Assembly (NCBI GenBank): GCA_951406725.2
Contig: OX597817.1
Location: 46,562,001 to 46,626,000 of the forward strand
Origin: Octopus vulgaris
Lineage: Eukaryota
Length of the DNA stretch: 64,000 nt
Direction: 5' to 3'
A program made the position numbers and the translations under genes. Positions 14,801 through 24,559 of the stretch are shown one piece after another. Every line of letters begins with the position of its first letter. Positions within the stretch are counted from its first letter, which is position 1. Under the pieces are notes generated by a model that saw only the letters and a program-made list of their open reading frames with translations, made no database searches and was not told the origin of the DNA.

Positions 14801-15813
14801 TTGCAAAGAAGGTGAAAATGATGGCAATGAAAAAAGCGCACGAGCAATTGGCTGATAGGTGGGAGGAGAAACCTCTGCACGGCAAATATGTGACCCGCAG
14901 CAAACAAGCTGATGTTGACCAGAAGCAAACCCATCAGTGGCTGCGGAGCTCAGGGCTAAAAGCAGAGAGCGAAGGTTTCATCCTGGCTGCTCAAGACCAA
15001 AGCCTATTAACCCGGAACTACCAGGCCAATGTGATGAAAAATGGAGCAGACCCAAAATGCCGATTCTGCAACGACATGATTGAAACAGTGGACCACCTAA
15101 TCTCTGGATGTAAAGTCTTAGCACCAGTGGAGTATAAATTAAGACATGACAGAGTTGGCCAATATCTCCACTGGCTAATAAGTCGGCATTACAATATCAA
15201 AACTGCCGACAAGTGGTATAATCACCACCCTGAGGCTGTAACTGAAGGAGAAAATGTAACCATTCTGTGGGACTTTCCAGTACATACAGACCGAACTATC
15301 AAGGCCAATAAACCAGATATTGTTGTGAAAGACCAAAACAATAAAGTTTGCTTATTGATCGACATGAGCATCCCCTGTGATCATAATATCTCAGCGAAAG
15401 AGTTTGACAAGCTCAGAAAATATAAAGACCTACTCATTGAAATTGAGAAAATGTGGCATCTCAAGGCGGTTACAATACCAGTGATCGTAGGAGCACTAGG
15501 AATGATCAAGAAGGGAACCGAAAATTATATGAGAATGATCCCTGGCTTACCATCCCTGCAAGAAGTGCAAAAGATTGTCTTAACTGGTACATCACACGTA
15601 TTGAGAAGAGCATTGTCGATGTGAGAACTGTTGCTGCTCATGTATTTTAATTTAACTTTATAAAAAAAAAAAAATAATAATAATAATAATAATGAACGAA
15701 CTACTGAGTTTGGTTTAATGGCCTACCAATATACACTATGAGTTTCTTTACCCAAGGAGTCGGGAAGACACTCGGCAAGAAATGGAAGAAAATTTGAAAG
15801 AAGAAAAAAAAAA
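11826..15813 (+). mobile_element. Apparently full-length Dong/R4-like element (subfamily 1) flanked by TAA repeats
   Basis: Begins after TAATAACAATAATAA (5' end approximate). Contains the 1229-aa ORF, a 3' UTR with a conserved stem-loop and an A-rich end, followed by (TAA)n at 15815-15846. Confidence 0.85.
11935..15624 (+). CDS. Intact ORF of an R4/Dong-clade (R2 superfamily) non-LTR retrotransposon: RT + CCHC zinc knuckle + restriction-like (PD-D/ExK) endonuclease
   Basis: Uninterrupted 1229-aa ORF. RT motifs: KSPGKD, NYRPITCL, WIDYKKAFDS, GIFQGDSLSP, LFYMDDLKL, YKYLG. C-terminus: GLKAESEGFILAAQDQ, CRFC..ETVDHLISGC, RHD, KPDIVV, LIDMSIP, KEFDKLRKY. N-terminal KWTREEYKEIIYAYY is Myb-like. 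Confidence 0.95.
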   Translation: MFLETKRKTKSVYQIACPMVNLEARPPGKSQPGIEKSSTGTNSSPNTDMDGHLNGKSPNSSPPSSPPQPPQKEKCKRNKWTREEYKEIIYAYYYALGRPSQERHTANSYSIWRTRNQDSRPYLDENKLANVRRDIFRNNRLTDSEISAIKHATENDINIRHKGNEESDEQYSPPRGLIERLSSDQSTQRPEDTRNSIVPVKDSQENEKTTVTEDLAFAEEHRESMAEMRQKILNTLEVVRHTSMNDREPLHKLSNTNQNKKQIQIGNYVTNEIIRELKPDFTELNEIIYASARAIETSCMPPKKQRKQNLGRNQTWRSKIEKEIEFMRGEISILNELICGNDVRSRTGRKMKRKFGSSPREELISIKETLKQKVQAKAQRIRRFEKRNKFYKQNKLFTSNAKKFYREIGKEKVTVKDPPPMEEVQNFWERIWSDKKTYNINADWIIQTEGSYQNLQQQAWEDITIADLRKALTKAHNWKSPGKDRVPNFWFASLPCAHGKLVQLLNGILRDPKKTPEWLASGITYLLPKNNETNLPKNYRPITCLSTTYKILTSILAEKTYAFMEENDIFHIEQKGCRRGSYGCKDQLLINRMILENCHNKRRNLSTAWIDYKKAFDSIPHPWILRSLDIFKISPVISNFLKHNMSLWNTNLQLYHSNGVLASENININCGIFQGDSLSPLIFCIALIPLTSELNRTGYGYKIANKKISHLFYMDDLKLYGKDNNELEGLLRTVKAFSDDIGMEFGLEKCAKATFQKGKVKTTNSVVLDVDTVIRELEQEQTYKYLGINEGSGIQHASMKEKIRKECYRRVRAVLKSELNARNKVLAINSLAVPVVTYSYNVLNWNMSEVKNIDTKIRKLLSCNRMHHPKADVDRLYLPRAQGGRGLIQFELAYKTTTIGLAKYLEISNDWMLKLVENHERRKKLHSIIKESKKFPIDLVQDTQTEQPEGSTATIVAKKVKMMAMKKAHEQLADRWEEKPLHGKYVTRSKQADVDQKQTHQWLRSSGLKAESEGFILAAQDQSLLTRNYQANVMKNGADPKCRFCNDMIETVDHLISGCKVLAPVEYKLRHDRVGQYLHWLISRHYNIKTADKWYNHHPEAVTEGENVTILWDFPVHTDRTIKANKPDIVVKDQNNKVCLLIDMSIPCDHNISAKEFDKLRKYKDLLIEIEKMWHLKAVTIPVIVGALGMIKKGTENYMRMIPGLPSLQEVQKIVLTGTSHVLRRALSM

Positions 15814-15846
15814 GTAATAATAATAATAATAACAATAATAATAATA

Positions 15847-16475
15847 AAGGTCACTAGGCCGGATTGTCTGAGTTCAAGAAAAAGAAATGCTTTCTAATCG
15901 ATGTATCAATACCAACAGATGACAATGTTTCTCTAAAAGAAACGGAGGAACTTTGAAAATACTAAGATCTGGAAATAGAGGTAACTGGAATGTGGAGTTT
16001 AAAAACAGAAACAATTCCTATTACAGTATGCGCATTAGGTATGATAAAATATATTCTGACAAATACATAGCAAAAACACCAAGACTAACAAATATATACA
16101 GGGTGCGGCAGAAATACCTCCGACATCTTAAACTTTCGCCTATGTGTTGCTAATGAACTCATGCAAGTACCAATGATGTTTTCATTTAGCTAATAAACAG
16201 AAACTGTAACCGTTTGTTTAAACAACAGTAAAATTAGTTTTTCATAAATGTTGTCTCTTTCCCCTTTTATCAACCTTTCAAATGTGGGAGGTATTTCTGT
16301 CGCACCCTGTATAACATACAGAAAATAGCACTAACAGGCACCGCACACATCCTACGTAAAATATTTTCAATGCAATAAAAATAGGAGCATCACAACAAAC
16401 CACAGCACATACCCAAGTCACACAGAGTTGCGATCGGTAGTGAAGTGGAAGCACTCTATGAAAATAAGACTACTG
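15847..16475 (+). mobile_element. Degenerate 5'-truncated Dong/R4 subfamily-2 copy interrupted by a MITE
   Basis: Collinear with 20630-21053 (KCFLIDVSIP..DDNVSLKE; 3' UTR gagcatcacaacaaa..actactg). TAA on both sides. Confidence 0.85.
16099..16309. mobile_element. Tc1/mariner-type MITE
   Basis: 28-bp TIRs (cagggtgcggcagaaatacctccgacat / atgtgggaggtatttctgtcgcaccctg, 2 mismatches) with TA on both sides. The empty site is visible in the paralogous Dong copy near 20885. Confidence 0.9.
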
Positions 16476-16644
16476 AATAATAACAATAATAATTATTATA
16501 CAGGTATAGAATGACGGGAAATACCTCACTTGGTAGGAAGAAATCTATAGTAAGAAAACCCAGACCTGCACATGAGCTTGCTAAGACCAAAGGGGAAATA
16601 AATCACCCGCTATATATATAAATATATATATAATGCAAAAAATA

Positions 16645-16846
16645 CCTAAACACAGAGGGGACAAACGAGAACAGACAACGGATTAAGTCGATTATATGGA
16701 CACCAGTACGTAACTGGTACTTAATTTATCAACCCCGAAAGGATGAAAGTCGACCTCGGTGGAATTTGAACTCATAACGTAACGGCAGATGAAATACGGC
16801 TACGCATTTCGCCCGGCGTGCTAACGTTTCTGCCAGCTCACCGCCT
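16645..16846 (-). mobile_element. SINE-A
   Basis: Reverse-complement match to 2780-3013. Confidence 0.85.
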
Positions 16847-17366
16847 CATACTAAATGCAAAAAAGAAATACCATCAGTGTTACGTGTTGGGATTTTAATA
16901 TTTATGTTATGCTTAGTAAGGGAAGACTATTACCTGTGGTTAGAATTACTGAAGCAATAACTGAAACAGTAAAAGAATTTAAGAGTAGTGGACAAATAGC
17001 TGGAAACACAAATGTATAGCCAATCCGTAGTAGAAAACGAGGATGCTGAAAGTGAAGTCTGCTGTAGTGGTTGACAAATGGTAAACGGAAACAGAAATCT
17101 GAATCGCTAATTATAGCCGTTCATTAGCAAGTCATTAGAACGAATTTTAAAAAGTCAAGAATCGATGAAACTGACAGAGCGATTACAAGATGTGTGATAA
17201 AGGGGACTAAAGTATTAACCATTTTTGCAGTGATTGCAATAAACTAGCAAAAGAAAAAAAAAGGATGTAAATGTTGACATAACCACGATCAGTAAAATGT
17301 TGCATTGTGATGTTAAGCAAGTTAGTTGATTCGAATTAACAGGAAAGTGGTATGAACGAGGGAGCT

Positions 17367-17963
17367 GCGGGGAGCTGGCAGAAATGTTAGCACGCCGGGC
17401 GAATTGCTTAGCGGTATTTCGTCTGCTATTACGTTCTGAGTTCAAATTCCGCCGAGGTCGACTTTGCCTTTCATCCTTTCGGGGTTGATAAATTAAGTAC
17501 CAGTTACGCACTGGGGTCGTTGTAATCAACTTAATCCCTTTGCCTGTCCTTGTTTGTCCCCTCTATGTTTGGCCCCTTGTGGGCAATGAGGAAATAGGTA
17601 TTTCGTCTGCCGTTAAGTTCTGAGTTCAAATTCCGCCGAGGACGTCTTTGCCTTTCATCCTTTCGGGTGTCGATAAATTAAGTACCAGTTACGCACTGGG
17701 GTCGATGTAATCGATTTAATCCGTTTGTCTGTCCTTGTTTGTCCCCTCTGTGTTTAGCCCCTTGTGGGTAGTAAGAAATAGGTATTTCGTCTGCCGTTAC
17801 GTACTGAGTTCAAATTCCGCCGAGGATGTATTTGCCTTTCATCCTTTCGGGGTCGATTAAATAAGTACCAGTTACGCACTGAGGTCGATGTAATCGATTT
17901 AATCCGTTTGTCTGTCCTTGTTTGTCCCCTCTATGTTTAGCCCCTTGTGGGCGATAAAGAAAT
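17367..17963 (+). mobile_element. SINE-A trimer
   Basis: One full unit plus two units starting at ggtatttcg (17597, 17781). Confidence 0.9.
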
Positions 17964-19569
17964 GAGAAATTGTGAAGAGGAAAAATGATAGGATTTTATG
18001 AGATCTCCCCATAATTACGGGTTGTGCAATTAAAGCAAGGAAGTAAGTGACGGTCATAGAAGACCAGCTTTATTATCTACAGTAATATCAACAGATAGTA
18101 TTAAGTAAACAGGTAGGAAGCTACCGGTTCACCTCAAAACTATAATCACCAGCCAATCCAGTGTATATCTTACAGTGTTCCAAATGTCATAATCCGAACG
18201 GGCCCATGGGTAGTCTTGTAGTCAAAGAGTAGGAAAGAGTCATGATTCTTATGAAAGTTCTAATGCATCGGCAAATAGACTGTTGTAGCAGCTTCCATAG
18301 GCATTACACCCATCTGTGTATTGTCCATACTGTTTTGTTATTTGTTCGGAATCCCAAAACCTCTGAATCCCGTTCTGTTCATGCAAGTCTTTCAGGAAAT
18401 CCACCAGGCGCTCTTTCAATGGTCTCGGCAATTTAAAATTCATGGCTTCACAGAAAGAGACAGGCCTCTTGGTCTTGGTTTCTTTCTGGAGATGATTTAG
18501 TCTTTTATCGTTTGTATCTCATTTTTAGTTTTGGTTTGACCTGTTCTTCTATTTTCTTTTTTTTTTTTCATTGTCTTTACACTTTGCTAAAACTCTTCAT
18601 TTTCCATCTTTTTCGTGATTCCAAGGCGATACTTTTGTAAAAGGGACTTGAATTCTTGATATTCAATATTTATTTGCTATTATGCATATGGGCTTCCTGT
18701 TCATTGGTCTGGGGACTGAAAACGGGAGACCTCACATACCGTCTCCATAATAGCAATCTATGGCAGCCTAAAACATATCAAACTCTGTGATATGTCGTTA
18801 TGGCTAAATTCTCTGCCGGTGTCTATAGATTCCACGCGATCTGATGAAGGGGATATTGTTTTACCCATCGGCTAACACCAGAGCTGCCAATAACCTATCT
18901 TTCATGGGAATAAGAATGACCCCTGTGGTTTTCGAGATACAAATTTTATATTTATTTTGTCAGGCATTCAAAGGACCTCAGTAGGTAGGTACCTTCCTTT
19001 GTCACATAGCTCTATCAAGAAGATATATTTCTCCAGTGGGTAATTCATGCCTAGAGTTGTTTATTGGAGTTTGCATAAACTAATAGAAGCTGTTGTGGTC
19101 TTCTTTATCACTGTGGTCTATTTCTTCACTAATGTCCTTTTTTTCTTCTCGTTTGTTGTTGGTAGTATTGTTATTCGTATTAAATTCTTTGAAAGAATTT
19201 TGATATTTCCAGCAAAAATTTGTTCTTTCTTTTTTCCTCTGCGAGGTAACCTGATCTCTTTTACTTTTCGTTCTTCTTTCAGTTTACTGTCTCTAAAAAT
19301 TGATTTGCTTTGGTTCATGTTTTGGTGGGCGTTTCTGCATTGCGTAGACAGGTTGTCAATTTACGAGAGAAAGTAAAGTTTTATTCGCAAATCAATTCTT
19401 TTTCATCCAACTGGGAGAAAATACGAAGAACGCTTCTCATAGTAACGGTCCACATAGCGAATATTATTCGCACATAGTTTTGCCATGAATAAATTCACAA
19501 CACTGATAGTGAAGCAAAGTACATCAAATCACACGAAACACAAAGGATAATAATAATAATGATAATAAT

Positions 19570-19605
<36 letters not shown>

Positions 19606-19615
19606 AATAATAATG

Positions 19616-19653
<38 letters not shown>

Positions 19654-19656
<3 letters not shown>

Positions 19657-20203
19657 ATGCCCTGATGCATTACCAAGCAATGGCTCTCATGGCTTCCGAT
19701 CTTAACTGATTGGAATTGTTATCATGTACATTGTTTTGTCTTGGTATAAAAGATGGGCTACAGCAAATATTCTTCTCAATATCACATATTTGCTTGACCT
19801 TAACCAACTGAGCATGTCCCTTAGTGACAGATAATATGTGCATCTCTGATCACGGGCAGACGTAGTGGTGGGGAGTATCATAGCTATGTGTTCAGAGGAA
19901 TTCTTTGGAATTTGAATAACTCATCTCTGGAAACATAGGTGTTTCGTTCAACATCCTTAAAGAAGTCTTATTCAGAGACCTTCTCAGCGGGATCGGCTAC
20001 TCGACCTGAAGAAAAGTTTAACTGCGTTGCACCTGCAGGGTCATGCCCTGTTTATCTTGACATGAGATCACCATGTCGCGCACATATTGTTGTGATTCAT
20101 GTGCCTGGTGTACCCTTATCACACAAGTAGTTATGTTGGGTATACTAGGCTTGGGATATTTTGTCCCAGTGTCACTTTGATGGCATGCCCTGCTCTTTCG
20201 CTC
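19654..20203. mobile_element. Unclassified ~550-bp non-coding element bounded by (TAA)n arrays
   Basis: Complex sequence with sharp boundaries to the TAA/CAA array at 19548-19653 and the TAA array at 20204-20268. No recognisable ORF. Confidence 0.45.
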
Positions 20204-20268
<65 letters not shown>

Positions 20269-21050
20269 GTTGAGAAGCTCAGGACTCAAAGCAGAAACAG
20301 AGGGATTTTTAATTGCAGCACAAGACCAAAGCCTCCCCACCAGAAATTACCAAAAACATGTAATGAAAAGAAATATTACAAGTAACTGCAGAATATGTGG
20401 AGATGGACAAGAAACAATAAATCATATTATCTCTTGCTGCCCAGTCCTGGCTAAGAAGGAATATATTCACAGACATGACAGAGTTGGAACCTACATACAT
20501 TGGAAGCTATGCCAACATTATGGAATAACAACAGAAAAAAGATGGTATAGGCACACACCAGAAAAGGTCACAGAAAACGAGAAAGCAACCATACTCTGGG
20601 ATATGCCGATACACACAGATAGAGAAATTAAGGCCAACAGACCAGATATAGTTGTCAGAGATCATGAAGAAAAAAAATGCTTTCTAATTGATGTATCAAT
20701 ACCGGCTGATGACAACGTGTCTCTAAAAGAAATGGAGAAACTCTCAAAATACAAAGACCTGGAAATAGAGGTAACTAGAATGTGGAACCTGAAAACAGAA
20801 ACAATTCCTATCATAGTAGGTGCATTAGGCATGATAAAAAAATATTCAGACAAATACATAACAAAAACACCAGGACTTACAAACACATATAACATACAGA
20901 AAATTGCACTACTAGGCACTGCACACATCCTACGCAGAACACTTTCCATACAATAACCATCAGAGCATCACAACAAATCACAGCACATACCCAAGGCACA
21001 CAGAGCTGCGCTCGGTAGTGAAGTGAAAGCACGCTATAAAAATAAAACTA

Positions 21051-21053
<3 letters not shown>
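20269..21053 (+). mobile_element. 5'-truncated Dong/R4 subfamily-2 element with an open RLE-domain frame
   Basis: Open frame LRSSGLKAETEGFLIAAQDQ..CRICGDGQETINHIISCC..RHD..RPDIVV..KEMEKLSKY..LLGTAHILRRTLSIQ* (stop 20956). Perfect (TAA)n arrays on both sides. Confidence 0.93.
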
Positions 21054-21091
<38 letters not shown>

Positions 21092-21096
<5 letters not shown>

Positions 21097-21505
21097 TTCG
21101 AAAGAATTTGACAAGATAAGTAAATATAAAGACTTACTAATAGAAATTGAAAAAAATGTGGCATCTCAAGGCGACAACAGTACCAGTGATTGTAGGATCT
21201 CTAGGAATGATAAAAAAAGGTACTGGAAACCTATTTGCAAATGATACCAAGCTTACCATCCCTACAGGAAGTGCAAAAAATCGTGTTAACTGGAACAGCT
21301 CATGTACTGAGAAGAGCATTATCGGTGTGAAACCAACATCCATTCATGAATTTATTTATTTATTAATTTTTTAAATATATATTTTATCTATGAATTTGAG
21401 TGTGTAATCTGGGAATGCATACAATGAGCTTCTGTGCCCTAGGTGTACGGAAAACACCCGGCGAGAAATGGAAGAAAATTTGAAGAAAGAAGGAAAAAAA
21501 AAAAA
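21092..21505 (+). mobile_element. 5'-truncated Dong/R4 subfamily-1 copy
   Basis: Aligns with 15385-15813 (KMWHLKATTVPVIVGSLGMIKKGT, 3' stem-loop, A tail). TAA on both sides. Confidence 0.88.
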
Positions 21506-21521
21506 TAATAATGATAATAAT

Positions 21522-21720
21522 AATCCTTTCTACTATAGGCACAAGGCCTGGAATTTGAGGGGAGGGAATAGTCGATCACATCGATCTCAATACTTGACTG
21601 GTATTTAATTTATCAATCCCGAAAGGATAAAAGGTAAAGTCGACCTCGGCGGAATTTGAACTTAGAACATAGCAGCTGATGAAATATTGCTAAGCATTTT
21701 GCCCGGCGTGCTAACGATTA
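21522..21720 (-). mobile_element. SINE-A, alternative (ATT)n tail
   Basis: Minus-strand tail ggccttgtgcctatagtagaaaggattattatcatt adjoins a Dong 3' end. Confidence 0.8.
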
Positions 21721-22110
21721 CTCTTTTACTTGTTTCCGTCATTTGACTGCGGCCATGCTGGAGTATCACCCATGAGTTATTTTTTGTAACCCTAGTACTT
21801 ATTCTATCCGTCTCTCATGCCGAACCGCTAAGTTACGGGTGACGTAAACACACCGGTTGTCAAGCGATGTTGGGGGGGGGACAAATACAGACACACAAAC
21901 ATATACAAACACATACATACAAATATATAATATTTATATATATACATATATACGACGGTCTTCTTTCAGTTTCCGTCTACTAAATCAACTCTCAAGGCTT
22001 CGGTCGGCCCGAGGCTATAGTAGAAGACACTTGCCCAAGGTGCCACGCAGTGGGACTGAATCCGTAACCATGTGTTTGGTAAGCAAGCTACTCACCACAC
22101 ACCCACTCAT
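21719..22110 (-). mobile_element. SINE-B
   Basis: Reverse-complement match. Confidence 0.85.
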
Positions 22111-23272
22111 GCACCTAGATAATCTGAATGCTGAAGAGCTAAACAACTGCATATCTACCTCTGCCCACCCCCTGTGTTCACTAATCCAGCACTGACATCA
22201 GCAGACGGAGAATGGCAACATTACCGCAAGGAGGATGTTAGCAACAGAAAACCCCCGGAAAAAGCACGCCTTATACAGAAATCAAAGTAGTAAACTTTAC
22301 GAGGAGCTTAGGTGAAAATAGGTACAAGGTGCAATGTTCAAGAGATAATGTATAGCGATGTTACTGTTCACATTCTCCAAAAATAATCGTCGCTTTGCGT
22401 TCTTTAAAAACATTACCAGCGAACTCGACTCTCGTGTTCTCCCGTACCAGTACGATTGTATCAAATGCACAAGTCGACACGTTTCTTCAATAACGCAGTT
22501 CTTATGAAAAGTCTCTAAACAGCGTAAAATTCCGCTCACGAGAGAAACGAGACAAGAAAGATCACTCGATGGACCAAACGTGTTATTCTTAAGATTTTCC
22601 GACAAGAACCTCTTTAGTTTAATCATTAAGTAGATTACGTTGTACATTGAAGTGATCCAGCCTCTGAAAATATGATCAAAACTGACTGCTCTAACGAAGC
22701 CTCGAATTAGTGATGTTCTTCCTCTTCAAATGCTTTTGATTTATCCAAATTGTCAAAACTCCAACGCAACTAGAATCGATAAACCTAGATCAGTTGAGAT
22801 TATCCAGGCAATTAGCCAGCGAAACTCCCGCTAGTTGTCAAAAAATAACAATAAGCAAATGAAACAACATAAGTTCATTAAAAATATTAATCACTCCTAG
22901 AAAGTCAAGGATATTTTTTACATGAACATAAGTTCACGAAAGTGTTAATCGCGCCTACAAAATCAACTATTTTTCTATTTTTACATAATACCACTTGAGT
23001 AGAGTTTGTCAGTTTTCTGTATTATATATGTGCAACCTACAGTATTTGCAATGTTTATAAAGAACACTTACTTAAGGTGTTGTATTTATCTATATTGTTG
23101 GTATTTATAATTAACTTCAGTATATTTGTATTACTATATAAATTCATCGCCTTTAGTCATACCAACTGACTACGATGTATTTCGCTGAAACGACTTAATT
23201 AATGTCAAAATATACGTGGGTTTCATTCATTAGTTTGCTTTAAAACTTGATATATACTAAAGTACATCATAT

Positions 23273-23503
23273 ATTATTTTTTACTGCCCACAAGAGGCTA
23301 CACAGAGGGGACAAACAAGGACAGACAAACGGATTAAGTCGATTATATCGACCCCAGTGCGTAACTGGTACTTATTTAATCGACCCCGAAAGGATTAAAG
23401 GCAATGACGACCTCGGCGGAATTTGAACTCAGAACGTAGCGGCAGACGAAATACTGGTAAGCATTTCGCCCGACGTGCTAACGATTCTGCCAGCTCGCTG
23501 CCT
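23273..23503 (-). mobile_element. SINE-A
   Basis: Full unit flanked by gtacatcatata / gtacattatata. Confidence 0.85.
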
Positions 23504-23603
23504 TTAATGTACATTATATATCTCGACCAAGAAGTTGAAACAAGTGATCTTCCTTAAGTTTTCCCCGTTGCTTGTGGTTTTTAGATTGCAAGAACATTTG
23601 AGT

Positions 23604-23935
23604 GGAGGCGCAATGGCCCAGTGGTTAGTGCAGCGGACTCGTTGTTGGAGGATCGCGGTTTCGATTCCCAGACCGGACGTTGTGTGAGTTTATTGAGTGA
23701 AAACACCTAAAAGCTCCACGAAGCTCAGGCAAGAGGCGTTGGCGTCCCCTGTTGTACTCTTTCGCCCCAACTTTTTTCACTCTCTCTCTCTCTTCCTGTT
23801 TCTTGAGTAACCCTGCGATGAACTAGCGTCCCGTCCAGCTGGGGAGGAGCACATACGCCACAGAAACCGGGAAACCGGCCGATGAGCCTGGCTAGGCTTG
23901 AAAAGGGCGCATAAATAAAAAATAAATAAAATAAC
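23604..23935 (+). mobile_element. SINE-C (tail type 1)
   Basis: A/B-box-like tggcccagtgg / ggtttcgattccc. 3' part cctgcgatgaactagcgtcccgtccagc..gagcctggctaggcttgaaaagggcgcat followed by A-rich sequence. Confidence 0.8.
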
Positions 23936-24373
23936 ATTTATAGGGAGTTTTAATCAAATAATTATTTGGACCACATCAATAGCCCGAAGTTTTACATTAT
24001 TTCGTCGACCTTAATTTATAATTTATAGTTAATTATTTAATTATTCATTTCATGTCGTTTGAAACACACCGGTTCTCATTTAATTCGTTTGTTTATTCAT
24101 TTTGGGTTATTTGTTGTGTTCATTTTCTTTTTCATGTCATTAAAAGAGAATAAAAGCTTGCATCAATTTTTTTTTTGTTTTTGTCCTTTTTATTTGATTT
24201 AACAACACTTTTCATAATTCATGAGAACCATGGAGAATTAACAAAACGTTCAGAATAAAAACAGCAACAAATAGAAACGCTACAATTGATATCATTTCAA
24301 ACAGTAGTTACTCTCCTTTAAGTCACAAACACACACGAACACACACACACACGCACACACACTCACACACACA

Positions 24374-24426
<53 letters not shown>

Positions 24427-24559
24427 TCGGTTCATGATTCGCTATATTGTTAGTTATGTTTTCATTGAAGCGTGATGAATGAGACCAAATCGTAAATGAA
24501 AGCAGGTGATGCTATTTACGCAAAGCTTTGGTAAAAACTATTCTTCCTAGTCAGTAAGG

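Noticed and set aside
18841-18900. CTGATGA followed by a short ggg..ccc stem
   Set aside because: No GAAA box or closing stem I, so it is not a supportable hammerhead.
20099-20268. N-terminal extension (poly-Asn) of the 285-aa ORF
   Set aside because: Fortuitous read-through of upstream sequence and (AAT)n into a 5'-truncated Dong frame, not a real fusion protein.
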